DNA from: an uncultured delta proteobacterium
GTDB lineage: Bacteria > Desulfobacterota > Syntrophobacteria > Syntrophobacterales > Syntrophobacteraceae
Reading direction: 5' to 3'
Assembly: GCA_963808625.1 (NCBI GenBank)
Contig: CAWEHK010000035.1
Coordinates: 32,001-96,000, forward strand
DNA: 64,000 bases
Shown: positions 20,481 through 29,319 of the stretch, one piece after another
Position numbering within the stretch: the first letter of the stretch is position 1
Layout of the letters: every line of letters begins with the position of its first letter
Position numbers and translations under genes: made by a program
The notes under the pieces: model-generated
Seen by the model: only the letters and a program-made list of their open reading frames with translations
Told to the model about the DNA's origin: nothing
Databases searched by the model: none

Positions 20481-23228
20481 ATGAACGTTTTGAAGCCAGA
20501 TCTGCAAGTGACAATCAAGACATTGCTGGGTAAGGGTCTGAGTCAACGGGAGATCGAACGAAAGACGGGGATCGATCGAAAGACCATCCGGAGGTATGAT
20601 CAGTCAACCAGTTTGATGGGGTTGCAAGAAAGTGAGCATTCAAAATCCCCCACTGAGCAAGATGTGGCCACCGGGTCGGGAAAGCCATCGGTGGACAATC
20701 CCCCATCCTGGCCACCGGCTCAGAAACCAGACTTCCCCAAGCATGTTCGTTCCGCCTGTGAAACGCATCGGGAGTGGATCCAGGAGCAGGTGAAGCTGGG
20801 CCGTAATGCCATGGCCATCTACCAGGATCTGGTGGAACTGTTCGGTTTCAATCACCGCTACAACAGCGTGAAGCGGTTTGTGCGGGGGCTCAAAAGACAA
20901 GACCCTCAGCAGTATGACCGGCTGGAATTCTTGATGGGAGAAGAAGCCCAGGTGGATTATGGGCTGGGCGCACCGACTCTTCATAGCAGTGGGAAGTATC
21001 GGCGCCCCCGTCTGTTCATCATGACGTTGAAGTATTCAGGGCGTGCCTTTCGTAAAGTTGTATGGCGATCGAGCAAGGAAACGTGGGCCAAGCTGCATGA
21101 GGAAGCCTTCCGCTATCTTACGGGGTGCCCCCAATATGTCACCCTGGACAATCTCAAGGAAGGCGTGATCAAGCCGGACATCTATGAACCGGACCTCAAT
21201 CCTCTCTATGCCGCCATGTTGGAGCACTACAAGGTGGTGGCGGACCCGGCGAGGGTCAGCGACTCGGACCGCAAGGGAACGGTGGAAAATGCTGTGAAAC
21301 ACACGCAGAACACCGCCCTGAAAGGACGCAAATTCGGCAGCATCGAGGCCCAGAATGAATGGTTGTTGCACTGGGAAAGTCGCTGGGCATCGCTGCGGAT
21401 CCATGGCCGGGCCAAACGCCAGGTAGAGGAAATGTTTCAGGAAGAGAAACCCTATCTGACGGAACTGCCCCTGAGGCCGTTTCGCTATTTTCAGCAGGAG
21501 ACCCGGACGGTCTACGATGACGGGACGATCCAGGTGGGCAACTCCTACTATGCGGCGAGTCCCGCTCCGTTAGGCAGTGAGGTGATGGTGCGGATCTTCG
21601 ATGAAGAAATCGAGATTCTCGATCCTCGCCGGATGGAGGTCATTCGTCGACATCCAAAGAGTATGCGGGCGGGTTCCTTGATGATGGAACCCGGGGACCG
21701 GATCTTCAATCCGTCTCGGGAAACGGACCGACTCTTGGCCCAGGCCGAAGCCATCGGCCCGCACACCTTCGGCTTGTGCGAGCAATGGTTTAACGAAGAA
21801 GGGCGCAGCGGCCAACGCCGGATGTATGGCCTGGTTAATCTGGTTCGGCATTACCCGGCCGACACCGTGGAGAAAGCGGCAGAACTGGCCAGACACAATG
21901 GACTGAGAAGCTCCAAAGCCTTGCGGCGGATGGTGGAGAGCATGGCCGCGGAAGCCGGGGAAAGGAAGGTCGAACCATCCGAAGGGCTCACGCAAGACCA
22001 TCCCTTGATTCGCTCGGGTGAAGACTACGCCGCCTTCTGGGATCAGCATGCCGCCCAAGCGGCGCCTGAGGCCGGAGCCGTCCCAAAGGAGAGCATTCCC
22101 TCCAGATCGCCCATCATCTGCCGGGAGCAACTGCCCCAAATCTGGCGGCAAGCAAGTTGGCTGAAGGTGATCGAGGTCTTTCAACTGAGTGTAGACCACA
22201 AGCGCCGCCGCCGAGACGATGAAATCTGGCTCAAATCACCGTTTACGCTTGAGGAGCAGGCCTCAATGCACGTCAGTTTATCGGCAAACATCTACAAGGA
22301 TTTCAGCAGCGGCAAAGGCGGCGGGATCATGCAATTCTGCCGGGAGATGCTGCGCCGGCAGGGTCGGGAAATGACCATGTTCGAAGCAGCGCAATGGATG
22401 GTAGCCGAAGGAATCTCCACGGCGAAGCCCGAAACCTTCCGTGCACACGGCGAGCGGCCGCAGCCAGAGGCAACAGGCCATCCCCTGGTCTCCAATCACA
22501 TCAATCGCGCCATCGAAGTCGATCTGCGCCGTTATCTGCGCCCGGATCATCCCGAATGGCGTCGTCGGGGCATATCCGCTGGCACCTGCCGCTACCTGGG
22601 CTGTGGGTATTTGCCAAAGCTTGCCAGGGGAAGTGCGGCCTCTCCCCTCAACTCCAGGTTAGTGTTCCAGATTCGCGGCCTGAGAGAAAACGGCCATGAT
22701 CTTCAGGCGATTATCCTGAGTCATAGCGGACGGGCACTCTCCCGTGAACAAGAAGACGCGGATGGAAAATACTGGAGCTATCCGTTCCGGAAAGGTTGGG
22801 AAATCTACAATCAGGATCAGCTTCTGTTAGATGCGGAAGCTCGCCGTCAAGCAAACACTTTTGGCCTGGTTCTGGTGGAGGGGTTTTTTGATGTGGCCAA
22901 GCTGGTGGAAGCAGGTTGCCGGAACGCCGGCGCCTTGATGGGCACACACCTCTCCGGGGAACAGATCGAGCGGTTGGCGTGGCTTCGTTCCCGCATCCGG
23001 TTCCCTCGGATCGTGTTGTTTCTGGACCGGGACCAGGCTGGGCGCAACGGAGCCCGGCAGATACGCGAGCGACTTCGGGGTCACCACTTCGAGGTGAACG
23101 TGTTTGACTGGGATCGGAACATCTCCTGGAATGGTAAACACCTTGAGCCGATCCCGGACGCTATCCAAGACCCGGCCGACATGCCGGTGGAACAACTTCA
23201 GCAGTTGCGCAGGGAAGGCATCATTTAA
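20481..23228 (+). CDS. istA: IS21 transposase IstA fused to a DnaG-type primase (915 aa)
   Basis: aa 1-525: HTH (SQREIERKTGIDRKTIRRY) and DDE triad AQVD159, LD223NLK, KGTVE269. aa ~560-915: SPF..E..ASM.V...Y.DFSSGKGG zinc-ribbon-like module, RRGIS..LG.GY..RLVF..SGR..KY primase core, TOPRIM VE800GFFD, ALMGT.LS.EQ, LD849RD851QAG, DPAD. Confidence 0.9.
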   Translation: MNVLKPDLQVTIKTLLGKGLSQREIERKTGIDRKTIRRYDQSTSLMGLQESEHSKSPTEQDVATGSGKPSVDNPPSWPPAQKPDFPKHVRSACETHREWIQEQVKLGRNAMAIYQDLVELFGFNHRYNSVKRFVRGLKRQDPQQYDRLEFLMGEEAQVDYGLGAPTLHSSGKYRRPRLFIMTLKYSGRAFRKVVWRSSKETWAKLHEEAFRYLTGCPQYVTLDNLKEGVIKPDIYEPDLNPLYAAMLEHYKVVADPARVSDSDRKGTVENAVKHTQNTALKGRKFGSIEAQNEWLLHWESRWASLRIHGRAKRQVEEMFQEEKPYLTELPLRPFRYFQQETRTVYDDGTIQVGNSYYAASPAPLGSEVMVRIFDEEIEILDPRRMEVIRRHPKSMRAGSLMMEPGDRIFNPSRETDRLLAQAEAIGPHTFGLCEQWFNEEGRSGQRRMYGLVNLVRHYPADTVEKAAELARHNGLRSSKALRRMVESMAAEAGERKVEPSEGLTQDHPLIRSGEDYAAFWDQHAAQAAPEAGAVPKESIPSRSPIICREQLPQIWRQASWLKVIEVFQLSVDHKRRRRDDEIWLKSPFTLEEQASMHVSLSANIYKDFSSGKGGGIMQFCREMLRRQGREMTMFEAAQWMVAEGISTAKPETFRAHGERPQPEATGHPLVSNHINRAIEVDLRRYLRPDHPEWRRRGISAGTCRYLGCGYLPKLARGSAASPLNSRLVFQIRGLRENGHDLQAIILSHSGRALSREQEDADGKYWSYPFRKGWEIYNQDQLLLDAEARRQANTFGLVLVEGFFDVAKLVEAGCRNAGALMGTHLSGEQIERLAWLRSRIRFPRIVLFLDRDQAGRNGARQIRERLRGHHFEVNVFDWDRNISWNGKHLEPIPDAIQDPADMPVEQLQQLRREGII

Positions 23229-23272
23229 AAAAAGTAATCACCGGATGAAAAAGAAAACAAGGAGCCAAACCG

Positions 23273-24073
23273 ATGGACATGCCGAACGCAGAAATCCAAA
23301 GACATCTTGGGGCGCTTCGCCTCCATGGTATGAAAGCCACCCTGGAGCCCCGACTCATTCAGGCCAATCAGGGCGCTTCCTTTATAGAGATGTTTGCCTG
23401 CCTGGTGCAAGATGAGCTCGATTGGCGGAGCTCAAGGCTTACTGAAACCCGCTTCAAGGCCTCCGGTCTCACAGAGCGACCCACTCTGACGGAATTCGAT
23501 TGGGGCTTCAATCCGAAACTGCCCAAGAAGGAAATCTATGAACTGGTCAGCGGCAAGTTCATTCGAGACGGCGATGACGCCCTGCTGATCGGGGCGCCGG
23601 GAACGGGCAAATCCCATATCGCCAAAACGGTGGCCCACTCCGCCATCCAGACCGGCTATAAAGTCGTGTATCGGGAAGCTCACACCTTCTTCGAAGACCT
23701 CTTCGAAGCCACTCAGCTCAAACGGAGAAAAAAGATGACCAAGCTCTTCTCCGAAGCAGATCTCTTGGTCATCGACGACTTGTTCCTGCGAAAGAAAGTC
23801 AACGATCACGCTACCGACGATTTGCTCGATATTATTCTGAATCGCTATTCCTCCAGGAAAAGTTCGATGATAACCTCAAATCGACCCCTGGAGGACTGGG
23901 GAAAACTCCTTTACGACAATGCCGCCTCCTCGGTCATCCTGTACCGCCTCCTTCACCGGGGCCATCTGCTCAAGTTCGAAGGCAAAAGTTATCGCCTCAA
24001 GGAGGCATCGATCCGGTTGACGGAAAACAAACGAAAATCTCTGGATGAAAAAGGAATAAGCTTGGATCTCTGA
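23273..24073 (+). CDS. istB: IS21 helper AAA+ ATPase IstB (DnaC-like)
   Basis: EFDWGFNP, Walker A GAPGTGKSH, Walker B LLVIDD, ITSNRP..DW, GKSYR; RBS AAGGAG. Confidence 0.92.
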   Translation: MDMPNAEIQRHLGALRLHGMKATLEPRLIQANQGASFIEMFACLVQDELDWRSSRLTETRFKASGLTERPTLTEFDWGFNPKLPKKEIYELVSGKFIRDGDDALLIGAPGTGKSHIAKTVAHSAIQTGYKVVYREAHTFFEDLFEATQLKRRKKMTKLFSEADLLVIDDLFLRKKVNDHATDDLLDIILNRYSSRKSSMITSNRPLEDWGKLLYDNAASSVILYRLLHRGHLLKFEGKSYRLKEASIRLTENKRKSLDEKGISLDL

Positions 24074-24132
24074 GCAGATTAACGGTAGGTTATTTCTCTA
24101 CTGTCGCCGAAGCACTTCGACCCGACTACAGG

Positions 24133-24185
24133 GTGGGGGATTTTGACCCGGCCACAAGTGGGGGATTTTCAAGTGGCCATCCGGG
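24133..24185 (+). repeat. IS21 right terminal repeat region
   Basis: GTGGGGGATTTTGACCCGGCCACAAGTGGGGGATTTTCAAGTGGCCATCCGGG: two iterated putative transposase-binding units. Confidence 0.8.
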
Positions 24186-24758
24186 CTTCTGGTTGTCCAA
24201 TCTGGGCATCTTGACCGAAGCGACTGGGTTTTCACCCAGATAGATCTTCCAGAGTTTTGCTAGATTATATAGACGATTCATGAGGACGATCTGATGCTTT
24301 ATAGTGGCCTCAGTGAAAGGCCTACCGTGAATATTCTTACCCTCCTTCAGCTCTGTTTTCATTCTTTCGATATCGGGACCAGTAATTGAGTCCAGGCGCA
24401 TTTTCCCGAATCGGGGTTCAAGGTGAGCCCTGTAGTTGTATTCATCACACTTCCAAGTCTTTTTATTGTGTTTAGCCCAAATTAGGTACTGTTCCAACAG
24501 ATCATTGAGCTTCGGGCTTAGATTTACCCTATGGTGGGAGATGTCGTACTCAGCCCTGACAAGGTCACCCTTTATTGCAGCTTCAGTCTCTCTGGCAATG
24601 GTGAGATTATCGACCATCCGGTTTACGCGCTTGCCCTTTACGCTGACACATACCCTGTATTTTTTCTCCCTCCCAAAAATCATGCCACAGAACGGGCATA
24701 TCTTGGAATCAATCGCGACCGAGGACCTGCACTTTGTACAATAAATTTGGATAGCCAC
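24186..24758 (-). pseudogene. Tyrosine integrase, N-terminal part only (Zn-ribbon, arm and core-binding regions), interrupted by IS21
   Basis: CTKC..CPFC N-terminus; HLEPRFGKMRLDSIT..DIE...ATIKHQI.LM.RLYNLA..W.....NP SAM-like domain. After LDNQK the frame runs into the IS end; no catalytic domain in the window. Confidence 0.8.
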
Positions 24759-24939
24759 GACTCACCCCTGTTCATCCGCAAGATAAAGTTCAAATCTGAG
24801 TTTTACGCGCACATTACGCGCACGGATGCAGCAAAACTAAGCTCAAATTATCGCAGAAAGTAGAACGACTTTAATAGGTAACATTATGACTTGTCAACAA
24901 TAATATGATATAGTGTTAAAAGAGAAAAAGGATATTCGG

Positions 24940-24988
24940 TTGAATGGCATTCAAGAGGTCGTCGGTTCGATCCCGTCCATTTCCACCA
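24940..24988 (+). other. 3' fragment of tRNA-Ala(GGC), att-site duplication (not a full tRNA)
   Basis: TTGA-ATGGCAT-TCAA anticodon arm, GAGGTC, T-arm GTCGG-TTCGATC-CCGTC (one mismatch), CCACCA end; no 5' acceptor strand or D-arm upstream; next to the integrase 5' end. Confidence 0.85.
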
Positions 24989-24993
24989 GGAAA

Positions 24994-25030
24994 AATAAAG
25001 GCTTAGGAAGGTTGCTCCTAAGCCTTTATT
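24994..25030. terminator. Bidirectional terminator-like hairpin after the tRNA fragment
   Basis: AATAAAGGCTTAGGA-AGGTTGC-TCCTAAGCCTTTATT perfect 15-bp stem. Confidence 0.7.
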
Positions 25031-25578
25031 GCTGTGGATGACTTTTGGGATGACTTTTTGATCCGAGGTGGTGTTTTGACACCTAAATAGTTCTGTTCGC
25101 AGGTACGATCCTTCACAACTTCTATGGGGAAACCGTTAGACCGTACGGTAGCATAGACATCGATTCCACATGCCTCCATTGAAGGTTTTGCATCCTCAGC
25201 ATGGATGCACTCTCTCATGGTGCATTCTTTACAAAGCCGACAAGGCCCTGCACCGAGTGCCAAAGCTTTGTAGAAGCCACTGAGAAAGATTTCTCTTTCC
25301 AGCTTAGCGACAATCTTGCTTGGTTTCACTTTCCCATTACAGTGAACAAGGAGAGCCCGTTTGTACCCGTCCAGGACTTCTCTCATCATTTGAGGCGTAG
25401 GGGTGTTCGGTGGGCAACAAAGACTTGTGTTATACCCGCCACAGCCGAATTGACATTTGAGACGAACCCAAGGAGCGGTAACCACGGTCTGAGGGCTAAT
25501 AACCTTTGCCCCTGTGGCCCCGAAAGCCTTTGCTTTGGCAAGAAACTCATCAATATCTGCCAATCTTTCATCTTCCAC
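25018..25578 (-). CDS. DUF2284 predicted metal-binding protein; C-terminus apparently replaced by att-flanking DNA
   Basis: WVRLKCQFGC..Y....CCPP, GAGPCRLCKEC....C and PSMEACGIDVYATVR. Confidence 0.8.
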   Translation of the reverse strand: MEDERLADIDEFLAKAKAFGATGAKVISPQTVVTAPWVRLKCQFGCGGYNTSLCCPPNTPTPQMMREVLDGYKRALLVHCNGKVKPSKIVAKLEREIFLSGFYKALALGAGPCRLCKECTMRECIHAEDAKPSMEACGIDVYATVRSNGFPIEVVKDRTCEQNYLGVKTPPRIKKSSQKSSTAIKA

Positions 25579-25735
25579 TGTCTATCCTCCTACCGAAACC
25601 CCAAACCGATTTGTCTTCTCTGTCAATGAACTCGACCAGTTGATGGTGGCGACTTTGTGGGCTGGCAACGATAATGGCTCATCGGTGTCGGGTTTGGTCA
25701 GCGTTGCCATTGCAGGCAGTCTTATTCAATGGTTT

Positions 25736-25933
25736 TCAGTCTGCTCCAGTGCTCTGACAGTGGGGGCAATCGATTTTTCCATCACCCTCGCACTGTCTGC
25801 ACGGCCGGGGTAATGGCAAAGTCTGCCATTCGCCGAGTGTTCCTGGTGGAAGATGGACAGTGCCAACACCCCGGCACTCATCGCATTTAATGGTTCCTGA
25901 ACCTTGACAAGATGGACAGTCTGTTGTCTTCAT
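25736..25933 (-). CDS. Small DnaJ-type zinc-finger protein
   Basis: Four CxxCxGxG-like repeats (CPSCQGSG, CDECRGVG, CRQCEGDG, CPHCQSTG). Confidence 0.65.
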   Translation of the reverse strand: MKTTDCPSCQGSGTIKCDECRGVGTVHLPPGTLGEWQTLPLPRPCRQCEGDGKIDCPHCQSTGAD

Positions 25934-26001
25934 TGATGGTTCCCTGGATGGGTGTGATCGTGCAGCCACTCAGCAAGGCTCACATCCGTCATTCAGTGGC
26001 G

Positions 26002-26322
26002 CTACTTCTGTCGGCCTGGGACCGGCGGTTTATCTTCTTCTCGATTGACCTTCTGCCTCAATATCGTTGAGCACTTGAATGTGACCACTTTGCGCGGATC
26101 AAGCGTCATTGGCTCTCCACTTTGAGGGTTTCGTCCACGGCGTTGATGCTTCTCTCTGATGGAGAATTTGCCAAAGCCGCTGATGAGCACATCATCACCC
26201 TCTGTCAGAGATTGCTTGATTCGTTCGAAGAGCGTCTCGATGATCTGGGCCGATTCACCCTTCGTGAACAGATTCTGCGCGAATAGATTTTCTACAATAT
26301 GAGCTTTGGTCAGCGTTGCCAC
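26002..26322 (-). CDS. ihfA: Integration host factor alpha-like protein (island-borne paralogue)
   Basis: TLTKAHIVE, VLISGFGKF...K..RRGRNPQSGE...RKVVTFKCS. Confidence 0.85.
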   Translation of the reverse strand: MATLTKAHIVENLFAQNLFTKGESAQIIETLFERIKQSLTEGDDVLISGFGKFSIREKHQRRGRNPQSGEPMTLDPRKVVTFKCSTILRQKVNREEDKPPVPGRQK

Positions 26323-26379
26323 GTTATCCCTTTCAATTCCGTTTGACCGTCTGGAACCAAGCCAGGATCATTTTGCGCG

Positions 26380-26955
26380 TCATCTCATAAAAATCCCAAT
26401 GAATTTGAGGTAGCTGCAATCATCTCTCGGATCATGGTGAGTCCTGACAGAATCCAGTACCCGGTAGAGGCACTTCAATCTTGTGATCAGAGTCTCAGTC
26501 TCTGCAAATGATTCGCGAAATGCAAGAATGTCATTGATGCCGTCAACAATGCCCTGAACGTTGGGTGGCAATTCGGTGAGAAACCTTGAGGGTAGGTCCA
26601 ATTGCGCCTTGCCCATTTCCAGCAGGTACACGAGTGCCGTCTCCACGTGCCTGTCGGTGATGTTCCCCCGCTCCCTATAGTTCTTACTGATCACAAACTC
26701 AATGTTCTGCAATACGTCGGCATAGGGGTCTTCGTTGCCGATGATGGATTTCATTTCCCGCTCAAAATCCGATAGCTTCTCTGCTTCCTGGCGGTCGGTA
26801 AAATACTCCTTGGACTTACCCAAGTAAAAGCAGTCTGGAGGGCAAACTATCTCTTTCTGCCTTTTCGTTCCGCAACACTGAGGGCAAATGGCAGCTCCCA
26901 ATGAAGGGCAGTTTCGTTTTCCTTTCCTTGCAGCACAAGATCCGCATTTTGCCAT
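26380..26955 (-). CDS. Hypothetical protein with N-terminal Cys-rich (Zn-binding) motif
   Basis: CGSC..KGKRNCP....ICPQCCG...IVCPPDC.YL; RBS GAGGGG. Confidence 0.65.
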   Translation of the reverse strand: MAKCGSCAARKGKRNCPSLGAAICPQCCGTKRQKEIVCPPDCFYLGKSKEYFTDRQEAEKLSDFEREMKSIIGNEDPYADVLQNIEFVISKNYRERGNITDRHVETALVYLLEMGKAQLDLPSRFLTELPPNVQGIVDGINDILAFRESFAETETLITRLKCLYRVLDSVRTHHDPRDDCSYLKFIGIFMR

Positions 26956-27033
26956 CGGCTAACCCCTCTTTGAGTCTCGAATGCCTATAGTCTCCGGTTG
27001 ATCGGTGAAGGGATTGGGAGAATCCATCTCATG

Positions 27034-27967
27034 TTACCCAAACCGTTCTCTCAAGATATCCATGAACTCAGGCTCCAGAGCATCGATGACCTGGATAACG
27101 CTTTCTGGATCAGCCATGTATCCTTTCTCATTAAGGAACCTGTAGAAGAATTTCAATGTTGGCGGAAAGGTGACATACTCGTGCGGCTCCGCGATCAACT
27201 TTCGCAAGAGGTAATCAAAAAGGAACTCCTCGAAGTAGGCTGGTGGAACGGAACGCAGGATGACCGGATCGTCGTGACTGTAAAGGTAGATGAAATTCAG
27301 GAACAACTCCAAATTGGATGCAAAGGCCCCGCTCTGTTCTGTTGCCCCCTTCTCGTGAAGCCATTTTTCAAAGCGATCCGCCACATCTTTTTCCATCGAG
27401 AAGTAGAAACTCTCCCATTCGTCATATTCCGCACCGTCAATAATGTACTTATCCATCCTCTTTATCTTCTCGATGGCGGCTTGGTCATGCTCATCAGATG
27501 GTATCGGTGCTGATAAAAAGCTGATGTTGCCGTAATGAAAAGGGGCGATGAGGTGAGAGACATCTTTCCTCATAAACATGACTAAGGGATTCTGAGATCG
27601 GACATCTTTTGGAAATAGAAACTGTTTTCTCTCGATCATCCTTTGAAATAGCTCCTTTGCCTCGTCATCGTTCATCTTGAAAAGAGCCTGCATGCTATTC
27701 AGGATGTCGCCTTTCCTTTCCTCCAGGTTGTCAAAAGCCCTACCCTGCAACGTGGCCTCAAAATTCCAGATGGCGTTGACAATCCCGAAAACCTCATTCA
27801 GTGCTTGATGGCTGTCTCCCGCATCTTTCATGAGAGGTTTTGCAAATTCCATCAGGGCTTGAGTGATAGAGACAGCACGGAATCCGTGTGGTGCTTCCAT
27901 ATGTTTTTCATTCCTTTGACTTAGCACGTTTTCTCTCCCTCGCTTTCTTGTCTTTCTTCTTAGCCAT
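27034..27967 (-). CDS. Hypothetical acidic helical protein; probable start MAKKKDKK at 27967 with a frameshift near 27910
   Basis: 297-aa ORF with a Lys-rich leader in another frame behind the RBS GGGGAG. Confidence 0.55.
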
Positions 27968-28171
27968 AGAGTCTCCCCACCCTTGGACGATAAATGAATT
28001 GTTTCAGCGCAAAAAGGATGTCAGGATACCGGAACTGAGGGTGGAACATCAAGAAGAGATCCGAAATGATTGTCGCAGAGAGGCATTAACGAGCACATTG
28101 GTATTCTGTCTATGGAATCTCGATGATCCGATAGGAAAAGGGGCCGTCGCTCCAATCAGTGGAGATTGACC

Positions 28172-28375
28172 ATGAACTTTGAAAGAGCTACCGTTTTCAA
28201 GCTCCTGGAGCAAACCATTGGTATCCGAATCAAGATCATTTCCAACGATTACCACGAAATCCCCGGGTACGGAGACCACATCAACACCCACCAACCGATC
28301 GTTTTTCAAGTCAAGGAAGAGGAGCCCGATGATTGGGCTTTCGGGGTTCTGTTCTGCCTTTCATTGATGTCATTT
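28172..28375 (+). pseudogene. Hypothetical gene truncated by IS insertion
   Basis: RBS GGAG then ATG; the reading frame runs into an IS end-like sequence at 28376. Confidence 0.45.
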
Positions 28376-28945
28376 ACTGAAGTTTCGCACACCATCTGGG
28401 AGCTTTAGGTGATGGCAAGTAGCTGACATATCGTCATTTTTGGCGGTAAGGCAGCCCCAAATGCAGTAGTGTTGATTTTGCTAAGTCATCACAACTACAC
28501 AAAAAAAGGAGCTGCCATGAAGAAGAATATCGTATTTTCTCTCTCCCTTCAAAAGGAAATCGAGAAACGCCAGCTCAATATGGAATCAGAGGTGAACAAA
28601 TCCATGAGTGAGCTGGGGATAAGGACCTTACTGCATCAGTCCGGCATCCAAAAGGAGAAGGGTTACTCAACCGTTACTCTGCTCTTTGCTCTGATCGTTC
28701 TGCCCGTGATCAGGCAATCCCTTTCAGCGCTATGGTCTGGGCAGTTTTTTGAGAACCTCATCCAAGCTCACAAGGACACTTACTACCGGTTTTTGAATTA
28801 CCCGTGCTTCAATCCTTCTTGTCCAAATGATCCAGAGGTGCTGGCAAAATGGGATCAGTGCCCGCTTTGCCCTCTTTGATTCCTGGTTTGCCTCAGACAA
28901 GGTCATCTCCAAGATCCTTGACTTTGGTTATGGCGTCATCTGTCG
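28376..28945 (+). mobile_element. IS4-like element remnant (left end plus internally deleted transposase)
   Basis: End-like ACTGAAGTTTCGCA; N-terminal piece MKKNI...SGIQKEKGYS...KDTYYRFLN joined to the DDE piece ALFDSWFAS...GYGVICR, cut off at a family A palindrome. Confidence 0.65.
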
Positions 28946-29319
28946 GCCGACGCGAAAGCCGCAATCCAGGTTTTCCGTGGGGTTCTGGACCCCGGCTTCC
29001 GCCGGGGTGACGATATGAGCCAGTTATGAGATAGTTACTAAGGCCACTTGGGCGATGGTAATGGTATTACTGCCTTTCATGGGAGCCATCTGCTGGCTCC
29101 TTTTTGGCCGCACGAAGGCATGGGGCACGGTGGCCGGTACACAATGTGTTTAATGTTCCGGGCACTTGGTTCGCTCTGCTGTGGCCCGGTTTCGCCCTCA
29201 CTTGGAAGCCCTATGCTTCGCCATTCTTTGCAATTCCTATAGGCCGAACGATATGTGGACGCCACTATGGGATTTTCATTCCGAGCCTCAGAGAGAAAGA
29301 GTGGGTATCCTTTATGTCC

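Larger units (their letters stand above)
20468..24185 (+). mobile_element. IS21-family element (istA-primase fusion + istB); right end present, left end not found
   Basis: istA/istB gene pair; right end carries a tandem GTGGGGGATTTT repeat and abuts the interrupted integrase. Confidence 0.85.

Noticed and set aside
24940..24988. Functional tRNA-Ala gene
   Set aside because: The 5' acceptor strand and D-arm are absent and the T-stem has a mismatch; treated as an att remnant.
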